DNA from: Balanoglossus misakiensis
Lineage: Eukaryota; Animalia; Hemichordata
Length of the DNA: 64,000 bases
NCBI GenBank assembly: GCA_040954595.2
Contig: CM082590.2
Span: 806,001 to 870,000 of the forward strand
Direction of reading: 5' to 3'
Of this stretch, positions 15,201 to 28,243 are shown one piece after another. The notes beneath the pieces are model-generated. The model saw only the letters and a program-made list of their open reading frames with translations, was not told the DNA's origin and ran no database searches. A program made the position numbers and the translations under genes. The number at the start of each line of letters is the position of its first letter. Position 1 is the stretch's first letter.

Positions 15201-16750
15201 GCAGTCTTCACCTTTTTAATGTCAAGCGCATCTGTTTCAGGTTCAGCCTTCAATTCACTCTGTTACATTGCTTCATTTCTATGTGGATAAAATACATGAA
15301 AGCATCAAGAATAAATCTCAAATTGTAACCACAATGTGTACTTTTCTACAGAATGCTTGGTGACGGCAAGTTATTGTCAATGTAACAGTGTTCTCCACAG
15401 GAACATTTAAGAGGGTGGCCCACCCCAAATAAAAGTTCCAAGTGTCCTCTTAAGATTTACACCTTGCACACCTCTCTATTTGCTCCACTGTTCTCTTAAA
15501 GTTTTCTTGTCTGCATAGCTGTGTTCTTTGTGAATGACTGTTTTGTTTATGTGAATAAGCGTATGGTCTGCCTAAGAGAACATTAACCCTTATGCTGCCA
15601 AGTTGGTTGAAACCAGCAGGGTGCCTAGAATCCTGGCCTGACAGGCCCGTTCGGCTACCAAGTGTGTGTTACTCAGTAGAACCTAAACGATACCCTCAAA
15701 GCCAAACCAGACCAAACCAATACAGCTTGGTGCATTTTACAGGGGTTTAAACTGCAAAGGTTGTCTTATTACATTATAATATGTATGTGAGCCATGCCAA
15801 AACGTTCAGCATAGGTTAAGGAAGAAAAAATAGCACATACATATTTTAATGGACTTGACATCCTAAACAGGTATGACACCCATTAGCGTTAGGGTTAAAG
15901 GGACAAAGTCTCTCTTTTTTCATGTCAAAATCCATAAAGTACGTACTCCAAATCAATAGGTAATTCATAATGATGATCACACATGGATTGACGAATACTG
16001 TGAACCAAGTTTTTGCCCTTTATGCTCAGACATTATTTACATCTGGCCATAGGCACAATCTGAACCAGCAGCCATTTTGAACCAGACTCATTGGCTAGAA
16101 GTGTAAAAGGTGAGAAGACTCAAATTTAGCAGAAAAGTTTTACTCCATAAGGTCCTACTGGTATAATACATGTACCAGTATACATATGCCAAATGGGACC
16201 TAAAAATAAAACAAAGTCTCAATAAAGTACATACACACAAATTTTCAAATCTGACTAGTAGTACTTGAGTTACGGAGTTTTGACCATTTTCACATTTTTC
16301 CGGGTCATTTGCATATTTTTGGCAATGACAATTTGATTTAAACAAAATACCATTAACAACCCAGCCTGCACTAGTAGGTACACATAAACTTTTTTGCAAA
16401 GCAGAAACCAGGGTATGTTGGGGTAGTATAAGTATGAGGAGAAGAACAAAAAATTGTAGTTGGTATACAGAACAAAAATGCTGAAAACAAATTTGCACTT
16501 TCCTAAGAATTTTGTCGGTTTTGTATAATTTATAGCAAAGTAAATACTTTAAGGAATTGAGATTATGTTTGTGTCTATTGGAATATTTATATGTGGTGTT
16601 CATTTTAAATTGGTCTTATGTGAGCTAAGTGTCTGTATGTATGGATGTATAGAGTAGCTGCAGTTGGTTTGTGGTACTAGTGGATGGTAAAACCTCTAAC
16701 AAGTAAAGCAAAACTCCCAACAGGCAAAACTCAGCCTACAGCTACTGGAA

Positions 16751-17284
16751 TAGCTCTGCGTGGCAGGGCTGTGTTGTTACGGCGAGCCCTCCACCCACAG
16801 CCCTGCAAAGCTCCATAGACAAAACTGGCGAAACTCAACGGATTTGTATCGGCAGGGTTTCCTTACCGAAAACCGCCGATTTCGAACTCAAAACGTGGGT
16901 CGATCTTCGTTACTGGCCTCGATTACTCCAGTCACTAGCAATTTGAGCTCAACTCTACCTGATTTTCGATGTTTAGGCTCCTGGGTTAACTCGTTGGTCA
17001 ACGAGATCGAAATGGCTGCGTTCTTAGGGGTCTTCTCGCATTAACATCGAAAATGGGGCTTAACGCAAGCAATTAGGTAGAGTTGAGCTCAAATTGCTAG
17101 CGACTGGAGTAATCGAGGCCAGTAACGAAGATCGACCCACGTTTTGAGTTCGAAATCGGCGGTTTTCGGTAAGGAAACCCTGCCGATACAAATCCGTTGA
17201 GTTTCGCCAGTTTTGTCTATGGAGCTTTGCAGGGCTGTGGGTGGAGGGCTCGCCGTAACAACACAGCCCTGCCACGCAGAGCTA
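16751..17284. mobile_element. 534-bp non-autonomous foldback DNA transposon: 210-bp TIRs, 9-bp TSD, TAG..CTA ends (AcademH- or MULE-like); left arm only
   Basis: TIRs at 16751-16960 and 17075-17284. TSD CTACTGGAA at 16742-16750 and 17285-17293. Empty site (ttccagtag) in the right arm at ~22136-22144. Confidence 0.92.
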
Positions 17285-17799
17285 CTACTGGAACTGCAGC
17301 TGAGAGATGCAACAACGGAAACCATGCAAAAATAATGTGTTCGAAGTAACGTTTGAGAAAAAAATCGTCACAACTTCCCCCTCTCAATAGCAAATGGTTA
17401 TCCATAAATAAAATATAAATGGGTATTTTATTTCACAAGCACAACGGCACGGTACATGAAACGTTCAGAAATAACAAGAGCACCTAGTTCTGCTATACAA
17501 GGTGTGTTGTCCATGAGTCGACGTTGTGGTCGAATGTAAACAAGTAACCACCGCGCCGACATGGCCGAGGGAAGTTGATTGAGGATTTTTGGAATGAGAG
17601 TTTAATGTGACCGTGTACCGCCCGGTCAGAAAATAAGCTTTATGTATATAAATGTACTCACACGAGTCCAGTTTTGGCAACCAACGTTATCCCAAATAAG
17701 CCAGCAAGAAAATAGACGTCCATGAAGCATGCCCGGATGTGTGTCCCGAATACGATTTTACGAAAAACCCCGACGATTTGCCGAGTGCCAGCTCAAGCC

Positions 17800-17900
17800 G
17801 ACCAATCACAGAGGGGTTTCTAAATATGACTCAGGATAGCAAGAAACAAAACAAAGCGGCGATGCTAAAGTCACATGAAAAGTTGTAGCGGATTGGTCAA
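17800..17900 (-). promoter_or_regulatory. Putative promoter: two CCAAT boxes and an AP-1 site in a CpG-rich patch (mirror ~21530-21630)
   Basis: CCAAT at 17802, TGACTCA at 17827-17833 and ATTGG at 17892. These lie ~80-170 bp upstream of the signal-peptide-like ATG (17723 minus / 21705 plus). Confidence 0.4.
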
Positions 17901-18953
17901 TTTCTGGTTTATAGTGTTATGTTGGCCAGAACCTCGGATAAAAATCGTGAGGCCAGCTCGTAGACAGTACAGTTGGTCGATTAATGCAGTCGGGTCCCCT
18001 GCCTCGTATGGTGTGAGATTCCCTCCAAATATCAAATACTAGTAATTCGATTATTGCTTTTTGCTATTACATATTATAATTAGTTTAATCGTTATATGCT
18101 AAACATTTTATATTTGCATAGATATGCTGATTATTAGCAATTATGTGCCCAATTATAAGCAGGTAAAATATCAGGAAGATTTAGCGCAGAATTTTTCAAA
18201 GCTTTGTGAATTTAGCGGTGAATTAATAGCAGCTTTATGATAAGAAGCTGAATAATTTGTTGCCAGCCCGAGTACTTTAACATTCTAGAATATCTAGGAC
18301 TCATCACCTCTTCGGTAATTGCTCTGATGTGATAAGGTTAGGCCTCGCGAGCGAATCCGTGAGCTTCTTCTGAAAAACAAAATTAATTTTTGGGGGCTTT
18401 TGCTTCAATTGGGCTCTTTGAATGACGTTTATTGATCGGTTATTAATCGTACATTTCCTGTAATTTGCATTTGCATCACCACCACCTGGTATGTAATATA
18501 AAAGTCCCTCAAATTTATGCCACGCGGTTCTTAGATTCATTTCGTTACGCACAATCGTGCGGTTCCGTTGTGGCAGTTATATGGTCCGTAGAAGACGGTG
18601 ATTTTGGAGGCCTACTCCTCTCTTTTAAACCTCCAAAGTTAAGGGTGTGACTTTCCTGTGAATGTTATACCAGCATTTGTAAATATTCATAAGCTCGAAC
18701 TGGACATTTACATTGTAACACCGTACAAACTCTGCTAAATGCATAAAAAACTCATTGAATTCGTTTTTGATGCGGACAAAATACGATAATTACATTTTTC
18801 GTGAACAAGGAATTTAGTGTTGAACTTCAATTATTTACTGCAATTTTGTTTGTACGACGGGGTTTTATTTGTAATTATCCCCATGTGTGTCTATATTTGT
18901 AGAATAAATACTGGCTGCATACTGGAAATATTGAGTTCTGTACGTTCCCTGGC

Positions 18954-18966
18954 CCGGAAGTGACGT
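18954..18966 (+). promoter_or_regulatory. Overlapping ETS-CRE composite motif CCGGAAGTGACGT (mirror 20471-20483)
   Basis: Matches the ETS core plus CRE half-site composite known from metazoan proximal promoters; one copy on each side of the spacer. Confidence 0.45.
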
Positions 18967-19156
18967 GTGAATATGAGCGACCTCCATTGGAGAGAACCCT
19001 TGGTCACATTCTATACGATTGATCAGGCGAGCTTCCATACCTGGAGGGTTAAATAAAAGAATTGTGCACAATTAATTATATGTCGGAATAACACATACAT
19101 CATGGTAATAAAAGACGATAGTCACTCTGAAATGTTTCGTAGCATAATCAAGAACT

Positions 19157-20063
19157 CTCATAATACATAATATAGCTATTTCTTGGGTAATTGAATAGTA
19201 TAAATATAATCCGCTCCGACAAATAAGAAGGTCTCACAGTTTGTATTATTCCACTTTGACCTTAGGTTATACAAGACCATGCAAAAAGGTTTGCTTTCAT
19301 AGTATCATGAGGTTCTAAAGGATGTTAACATTTGCCACAGGCCTGCCTACTCAAGTTGCTCGCTTCAGTTATCTTCATTGTTCTTATAGGCCTATTAGCG
19401 AGCCGCATTATCTCGAAGTTGGCAATTGAAAATTTTAATACATTTTAAAATACCCCCTTCGTAAATCTCTCTGATATAGCAGTGAAACTTAGGCTTTGCA
19501 TTTTACGGTTTGAGAAGGGTGCCAAAAACAAGTCCTTGTGCCTCATCACAGACACTGTCCCAGATAACCGTGTGCTGAATGGTTATTCATAATTCGCCCG
19601 AGGTGTCAAAATGTAAATCTGCGCACACATTGGTAAACAGTGCGCATGTGTCTCTTTCCATAGGATTGCATTGATAATTTCTAAAAATCAAACTTCTACT
19701 ATTGCCATTTTCACGAAATTTTACACATAGCTGAGTCAAATAAAATCGCATGGTCACCGCGCTCCATTTTGAGATAAATTTCGTTAAATATTGCATCTGT
19801 GCCCACAACTGAATTGCGACAAATAAATGTGACTGAACGATCCGGACACATCCCTTGCCACCATGAGACTGATAAAGACTCCTTTCACACCAAGGAAGTG
19901 AACGAGGATGAGGATGTCTTGGGAAACACGAGTCTGCAGGAATTTCCTCTGGGTTTTTCTCTTTTTAAGTTCAATGCGTCGTGGTTTCACCACCTCCAAG
20001 TAGGTTATGGGTGATTGGTCTGTCAGGAAATTTTGCGGGTCCGTAGAATTGCAGTTTGTTTTA
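19157..20063. other. Unique central spacer (loop) of the palindrome, ~0.9 kb
   Basis: No mirror counterpart. Arm homology resumes at 20064 and again at 20281 after a local duplication. Confidence 0.9.
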
Positions 20064-20368
20064 AGTTCTTGATTATGCTACGAAACATTTCAGAGTGACT
20101 ATCGTCTTTTATTACCATGATGTATGTGTTATTCCGACATATAATTAATTTTGCAGGAATTTCCTCTGGGTTTTTCTCTTTTTAAGTTCAATGCGTCGTG
20201 GTTTCACCACCTCCAAGTAGGTTATGGGTGATTGGTCCGTCAGGAAATTTTGCGGGTCCGTAGAATTGCAGTTTGTTTTAAGTTCTTGATTATGCTACGA
20301 AACATTTCAGAGTGACTATCGTCTTTTATTACCATGATGTATGTGTTATTCCGACATATAATTAATTC
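19935..20368 (+). repeat. 217-bp direct tandem duplication straddling the spacer/right-arm junction
   Basis: tgcaggaatttcctctggg at 19935 and 20152; agttcttgattatgc at 20064 and 20281. Confidence 0.93.
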
Positions 20369-22889
20369 TGCACAATTCTTTTATTTAACCCTCCAGGTAT
20401 GGAAGCTCGCCTGAGCAATCGTATAGAATGTGACCAAGGGTTCTCTCCAATGGAGGTTGCTCATATTCACACGTCACTTCCGGGCCAGGGAACGTACAGC
20501 ACTCAATATTTCCAGTATGCAGCCAGTATTTATTCTACAAATATAGACACACATGGGATAATTACAAATAAAACCCCGTCGTACAAACAAATTGCAGTAA
20601 ATAATTGAAGTTCAACACTAAATTCCTTGTTCACGAAAAATGTAATTATCGTATTTTGTCCGCATCAAAAACGAATTCAATGAGTTTTTATGCATTTAGC
20701 AGAGTTTGTACGGTGTTACATTGTAAATGTCCAGTTCGAGCTTATGAATATTTACAAATGCTGGTATAACATTCACAGGAAAGTCACACCCTTAACTTTG
20801 GAGGTTTAAAAGAGAGGAGTAGGCCTCCAAAATCACCGTCTTCTACGGACCATATAACTGCCACAACGGAACCGCACGATTGTGCGTAACGAAATGAATC
20901 TAAGAACCGCGTGGCATAAATTTGAGGGACTTTTATATTACATACCAGGTGGTGGTGATGCAAATGCAAATTACAGGAAATGTACGATTAATAACCGATC
21001 AATAAACGTCATTCAAAGAGCCCAATTGAAGCAAAAGCCCCCCAAAATTAATTTTGTTTTTCAGAAGAAGCTCACGGATTCGCTCGCGAGGCCTAACCGT
21101 ATCACATCAGAGCAATTACCGAAGAGATGATAAGTCCTAGATATTCTAGAATGTTAAATTACTCGGGCTGGCAACAAATTATTCAGCTTCTTATCATAAA
21201 GCTGCTATTAATTCACCGCTAAATTCACAAAGCTTTGAAAAATTCTGCGCTAAATCTTCCTGATATTTTACCTGCTTATAATTGGGCACATAATTGCTAA
21301 TAATCAGCATATCTATGCAAATATAAAATGTTTAGCATATAACGATTAAACTAATTATAATATATAATAGCAAAAAGCAATAATCGAATTATTTGATATT
21401 TGGAGGGAATCTCACACCATACGAGGCAGGGGACCCGACTGCATTAATCGACCAACTGTACTGTCTACGAGCTGGCCTCACGATTTTTATCCGAGGTTCT
21501 GGCCAACATAACACTATAAACCAGAAATTGACCAATCCGCTACAACTTTTCATGTGACTTTAGCATCGCCGCTTTGTTTTGTTTCTTGCTATCCTGAGTC
21601 ATATTTAGATACCCCTCTGTGATTGGTCGGCTTGAGCTGGCACTCGGCAAATCGTCGGGGTTTTTCGTAAAATCGTATTCGGGACACACATCCGGGCATG
21701 CTTCATGGACGTCTATTTTCTTGCTGGCTTATTTGGGATAACGTTGGTTGCCAAAACTGGACTCGTGTGAGTACATTTATATACATAAAGCTTATTTTCT
21801 GACCGGGCGGTACACGGTCACATTAAACTCTCATTCCAAAAATCCTCTATCAACTTCCCTCGGCCATGTCGGCGCGGTGGTTACTTGTTTACATTCGACC
21901 ACAACGTCGACTCATGGACAACACACCTTGTATAGCAGAACTAGGTGCTCTTGTTATTTCTGAACGTTTCATGTACCGTGCCTTTGTGCTTGTGAAGTAA
22001 AATACCCATTTATATTTTATTTATGGATAACCATTTGCTATTGAGAGGGGGGAAGTTGTGACGATTTTTTTCTCAAACGTTACTTCGAACACAGTATTTT
22101 TGCATGGTTTCTGTTGTTGCATCTCTCAGCTGCAGTTCCAGTAGCTGTAGGCTGAGTTTTGCCTGTTGGAAGTTTTGCTTTACTTGTTAGAGGTTTTGCC
22201 ATCCACTAGTAACACAAACCAACTGGCAAAACCTAGAGCTACTGAACTGCAGCTACTCTATACATCCATACATACGGACACTTAGCTCACATAAGACCAA
22301 TTTAAAATGAACACCACATATAAATATTCCAATAGACACAAACATAATCTCAATTTCTTGAACTATTTACTTTGCTATAAATTATACAAAACCGACAAAA
22401 TTCTTAGGAAAGTGCAAATTTGTTTTCAGCATTTTTGTTCTGTATACCAACTACAATTTTTTGTTCTTCTCCTCATACTTATAGTACCCCAACATACCCA
22501 GGTTTCTGCTTTTCAAAAATGTTTATGTGTACCTACTAGTGCAGGCTGGGTTGTCAATGGGATTTTGTTTAAATCAAATTGTCATTGCCAAAAATATGCA
22601 AATGACCCGGAAACATGTGAAAATGGTCAAAACTCCGTAACTCAAGTACTACTAGTCAGATTTCTTTGAAAATTTGTGTGTATGTACTTTATTGAGACTT
22701 TGTTTTATTTTTAGGTCCCATTTGGCATATGTATACTGGTACATGTATTATACACATTGTGGTTACAATTTGAGATTTATTCTTGATGCTTTCATGTATT
22801 TTATCCACATAGAAATGAAGCAATGTAACAGAGTGAATTGAAGGCTGAACCTGAAACAGATGCGCTTGACATTAAAAAGGTGAAGACTG

Positions 22890-23850
22890 CAACCTGGAAT
22901 ATATTAGTGACCATCAAAACTGTGGACCTGGAAAAGACAAGTTACCATAAAAACTGTGGATCTGGAATAGACAAGTTACCATAAAAACTGTGGATCTGGA
23001 ATAGACAAGTGACCATAAAAACTGTGGATCTGGAATAGACAAGTGACCATCAAAACTGTGGACCTAGAATAGACAATTGACCATCAAAACTGTGGATCTG
23101 GAATAGACAAGTGACCATAAAAACTGTGGACCTGGAATAGACAATTGACCATCAAAAATGTGGAACTGGAATAGAAAAGTGACCATCATAATTGTGGACC
23201 TAGAATAGAAAATTGACCATCAAAACTGTGGATCTGGAATAGACAAGTTACCATAAAAACTGTGGATCTGGAATAGACAATTGACCATCAAATCTGTGGA
23301 ACTGTAATAGACAATTGACCATCAAACCTGTGGACCTGGAATAGACAAGTGACCATCAAAACTGTGGACCTGGAATAGACAAGTGACCATAAAATCTGTG
23401 GATCTGGAATAGACAATTGACCATCAAAACTGTGGAACTGGAATAGACAAGTGACCATCAAAACTGTGGACCTGGAATAGACAAGTGACCATCAAAACTG
23501 TGGATCTGGAATAGACAATTGACCATCAAAACTGTGGATCTGGAATAGACAAGTGACCATAAAAACTGTGGATCTGGAATAGACAAGTGACCATAAAATC
23601 TGTGGATCTGGAATAGACAATTGACCATCAAAACTGTGGAACTGGAATAGACAAGTGACCATCAAAACTGTGGACCTGGAATTTTCAAGTGACCTTATAA
23701 ACTGTGGATCTGGAATAGACAATTGACCATCAAAACTGTGGAACTGGAATAGAAAAGTGACCATCAAAACTGCGGAACTGTAATAGACAATTGACCATCA
23801 AACCTTTGGACGTGGAATAGACAAGTGACCATCCAACCTGTGGACATGGA
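22890..23850 (+). repeat. 34-bp minisatellite, right-arm mirror (~28 units)
   Basis: Unit atcaaaactgtggatctggaatagacaagtgacc. Confidence 0.95.
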
Positions 23851-24821
23851 CGAGTGGGCATGAAACAGGGGAAGTATTTTTCTATTATTGCTCTACCATT
23901 TTATATTTGTATAGTAATTAAGCAAAAAATAGTTTAGGTTAAGATTTTCTTATGCATAAGGAAACCTCATAACAGTGGTCCCCTGATTAAGTGTTAGTAA
24001 GTAATAATGGTAATCTGACTTGGAGCATTATAAAAGGAATAAAAACAGTGTGGGGGGGGGACTGGGTTATTCATGATGGTAGCTGCTGAATGTCTGAAAA
24101 TTCTGCAAACATAATATTTTTAGAAATTATATTTCATCCAAATTGAATGCTGTATAGCCAATTATTGGTCAGACACAATTGTATAGAGAAAAAAGTTAGA
24201 AATAACCAAAATTACAAGTTTAAAACCCTGAGATGTGTAGGTCTTTCTAATGATTCTAGTGCACTGCATCTAATAGTACACAAATGAAAAATAAGAAATT
24301 TTACAAATAGTTATTAATGCAAGAAATAAATTAGGATTAACAAAGTGAGTGCAATTATAAATAAACAAACACAATGAATTTATGTGTCATAAATTGTGCT
24401 TTATCATGGTGTAAAGCATTGTCCTCCCGTTGTCTAATTAATATTTGATCAATTGCATTGTGTAACTTGTCTTAAATTAAAATAAATAAACCTGGGATAA
24501 CCTCTTATAAAGAGTATAGTTTTGCTTAAAACATATCTGGTCCGTTTATGTTTATACTTTTGTGCTGCTGAGTGGTACACTGACACACATCCTCGAAAAT
24601 ATGCCAGAAAACTTTTGTATAAAATACCAATTTTGTTGTTTGCATGACATCTAAGCCACTTGTAAATGACAATGCCTAAGTTGTTGTCCACATGTAAACG
24701 AGAGTAAATGTACTCCATATGTAATTTAACTTTTGTAATCATGTAGGTAATTACTGTGTGTGCACCACAGTAAATATGTAGTCTAATCTTTGCAACCCAG
24801 TATACCGGTCACTGCTGGGGA

Positions 24822-25080
24822 ATGACAATTATAATAATTATGATGATGGCGATGGTGATGATAATTACACGAATGATGATTATAATGATGATAATAGTGG
24901 ATAATGATGATAGTAATGATAGTGTTGGTGGTGATAATGGTGATGATGGTGTTAATGATGATAATGATGACTGGTTTTAATTACAATGATGATAATGATG
25001 GTGATAATAATAACTGATTATAATAATCATTAATGGTGATAATAATGTTAGTAATAATGATGGTGTTGATGGTGGTGGTA

Positions 25081-25127
<47 letters not shown>

Positions 25128-25501
25128 AACTTGTTTTAATTATGGTGATGATAATAATAGTAATAATGATGGTATTGATGATGGTGTTAGTGATAATGAT
25201 AATAATGGTGACATTGGTTTTAATAAAGCTGATGAAGATGATTTTAATTATCATAGGGATAATGACAATAATGATAATGGTAATAATGGTGATAATGATG
25301 ATGATGGTGGTGATAATGATGACTTTGCTTATAATAAAGTGATTATGATGGTAATGATTTTGGTTTTAACAACAGTGATGATCATACCTAATAGTGATGA
25401 TGGTGATGGTGATGATAACTAGTTATTATAATGGTGATAATGATGATGTTATAATAAGGATGATGATGGTGGTGGTGATGAAGGTGATAATACTGATGAT
25501 A

Positions 25502-25551
<50 letters not shown>

Positions 25552-26146
25552 ATTAATGGTGGTGATGATTATGATAATGATGATGATGATGACATTTCTT
25601 ATAATAATGGTGATGATGATAATAATGATGGTGGTGGTGATGATGATATGATGATAATGATGATAATAATTATAGTGGTGATAATGATGACTGCAATGAT
25701 GGTAATGATGAAAATGATGATAGTGGGGTTAATGATGACTTAAGTTTTAATTATGGTGATGATGATGATTATAATTATAGTGGTGATAATGACAATAATG
25801 ATGAGGGTAATGGGGATAATTATGATGATGTTGTGATAATGATACTTATGAATTTGGTAATAAAAACAGTGATGAGGATTATAATATTGATGGTAGTGAT
25901 AATAGTGGTGATGGTGATGATTATGAATACTATTTATAATTACAGTGTTAATGATGATGGTAGTGATGATGGTGGTAATGATGATGATAATAATGATAAC
26001 TGCTTATAAAACCTGTGATGATAATGATAATATGATGATAGTGATAATGATGGTGGTGGTCGTGATAATGATGACTTTGGTTTTAATTACAGTGATCATC
26101 ATGATGATAACAATCATAGTGATGATAACGGTGATAATGCTGATGG

Positions 26147-26190
<44 letters not shown>

Positions 26191-26876
26191 TTGGTGGTGG
26201 TGATAATGATGACTTTCGTTTTAATTACAGTAATCATAATGATGATAACAATCATAGTGGTGATGGTTATGACTATAATAATGATGGTAATTATGATAAT
26301 GATGGCGGTGATAATGATTATAATGACTTTGGCTTTAATGACAGCGATCATAATGATGATAAATATAGTGATGATCATGATGATGATGATGATGATGATA
26401 ATTATAGTGGTGATAATGACAATAATGATGATGGTAATGGTAATGATAATTATTATGTGGTAATAATAATGATACCTATGACTTTGGTAATGAAAACAGT
26501 GATGATGATTATAATATTGATGGTAGTGATGATGGTGGTGATGATGATGATGATAATGAATACTATTTAAAATAACAGTAATAATGATCGTAGTAGTGAT
26601 GATGGTGGCGGTGATGATGATGATGATAATGATAACTGCTTATAATAACTGTGATGATAATGATAATATGATGATGGTGATAATGATGGTGGTGAAAATG
26701 ATGACTGGTTATAATTACAGTGATGATGGTGATGACAATAATGATGATAGTAAATATGATAATAATGATGGTGGTGATAATGATGACTGCTTATAATAAC
26801 TTTGATGATAATGATAATATGCTGATGGTGGTAATGATGGTGGTGGTGATAATGATGACTTTGGTTATAATAACGG

Positions 26877-26934
<58 letters not shown>

Positions 26935-27004
26935 ATAATGATGATGGTGGTCATAATAAAGATGATTATGATGACTAATTGGTTATATAAACATTTTGAT
27001 GGTA

Positions 27005-27042
<38 letters not shown>

Positions 27043-27485
27043 AACTTTTAAAATACTGGTGATGATGCCAGAAAACTTTTGTATAAAATACCAATTTTGT
27101 TGTTTGCATGACATCTAAGCCACTTGTAAATGACAATGCCTAAGTTGTTGTCCACATGTAAACGAGAGTAAATGTACTCCATATGTAATTTAACTTTTGT
27201 AATCATGTAGGTAATTACTGTGTGTGCACCACAGTAAATATGTAGTCTAATCTTTGCAACCCAGTATACCAGTCACTGCTAGGGAATGACAATTATAATA
27301 ATTATGATGATGGCGATGGTGATGATAATTACACGAATGATGATTATAATGATGATAATAGTGGATAATGATGATAGTAATGATAGTGTTGGTGGTGATA
27401 ATGGTGATGATGGTGTTAATGATGATAATGGTCATAATAAAGATGATTATGATGACTAATTGGTTATATAAACATGTTGATGGTA

Positions 27486-27520
<35 letters not shown>

Positions 27521-27626
27521 AACTTTTTAAAATACTGGTGATGATGGTGACAATAATGATGGTGGTGGCGGTGGTGGTGATCATTATAATAATGACTTTG
27601 GTTGTAATTATGGTGATGATAATGAT
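24822..27626 (+). repeat. Right-arm (ATG)n low-complexity tract, rearranged relative to the left arm
   Basis: Mirror of 10904-13470 with deletions and an inserted copy of ~24601-24966 at ~27065-27430. Confidence 0.93.
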
Positions 27627-27806
27627 GGGGGTTTAATATTCATAAAACAAAATTAGCTACATTTTGAGTACAAGTTTTCGCACACAAGTTATTATTTTGA
27701 TCCCGGGGGATAGTCAGCAGTATGCGTCTACATCACCCGTTTCCCGTGCGTCAATATTAACACTGATTAAGATTTCGCGTCAAGTGAGGATTTTGGGCGT
27801 CAAATA

Positions 27807-28243
27807 CAGTGCAGCTTAGGAATAGCTTTCCAACTGCACCAACACTGGGTCAGCTCTGTTTAAACACTGGGTCAACTCTGGGTTGGCACCCTATTGGCGC
27901 TCTAATTAGCACCTATTGGGCTTGTGTTTAACTGGGGTGTTCCAAAACAATAGGGTGCGCCAAGGTGCTAACACTGAACAATGCCAAGTGCCAGGGCCAA
28001 CAGATTCACACCTTTGTAACACTTGGAACACACAGGCTAACACTGTGTGCCAAAACAATAGGGTGCGCCAAGGTTTAACACTTTTGTAGCACATGCTAAC
28101 ACTGAACAATGCCAAGTGCCAGGGCCAACAGATTCACACCTTTGTAACACTTGGAACACACAGGCTAACACTGTGTTGGCTCATTATAAACACCGTGTCA
28201 GCAAGTTGTTAGCAAATTGGAAAGCTATTCCTAAGCTGCACTG
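27807..28243. mobile_element. 437-bp Tc1/mariner-type MITE with TA TSD; right arm only
   Basis: Perfect 27-bp TIR CAGTGCAGCTTAGGAATAGCTTTCCAA. TA at 27805-6 and 28244-5. Empty site in the left arm (~10715-10730). Internal direct repeat with ~130-bp period. Confidence 0.93.

Larger units (their letters stand above)
7410..17723 (-). pseudogene. Mirror copy of the tentative multi-exon unit (exons 17662-17723, 9851-9946, four 117-nt cassettes)
   Basis: Reverse complement of the right-arm exon candidates, with the same splice signals. Confidence 0.35.
1..19156. repeat. Left arm of giant (~20-kb-arm) inverted repeat; extends beyond window start
   Basis: Base 1 (gccttcatctgc) is the reverse complement of ...gcagatgaaggc ending at 41748. 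Mirrored ORF pairs occur throughout (1139-/40383+, 5276-/38204+, 6754-/36676+, 17465-/21748+, 18304-/20882+). Homology ends at ...atcaagaact (19156). Confidence 0.97.
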
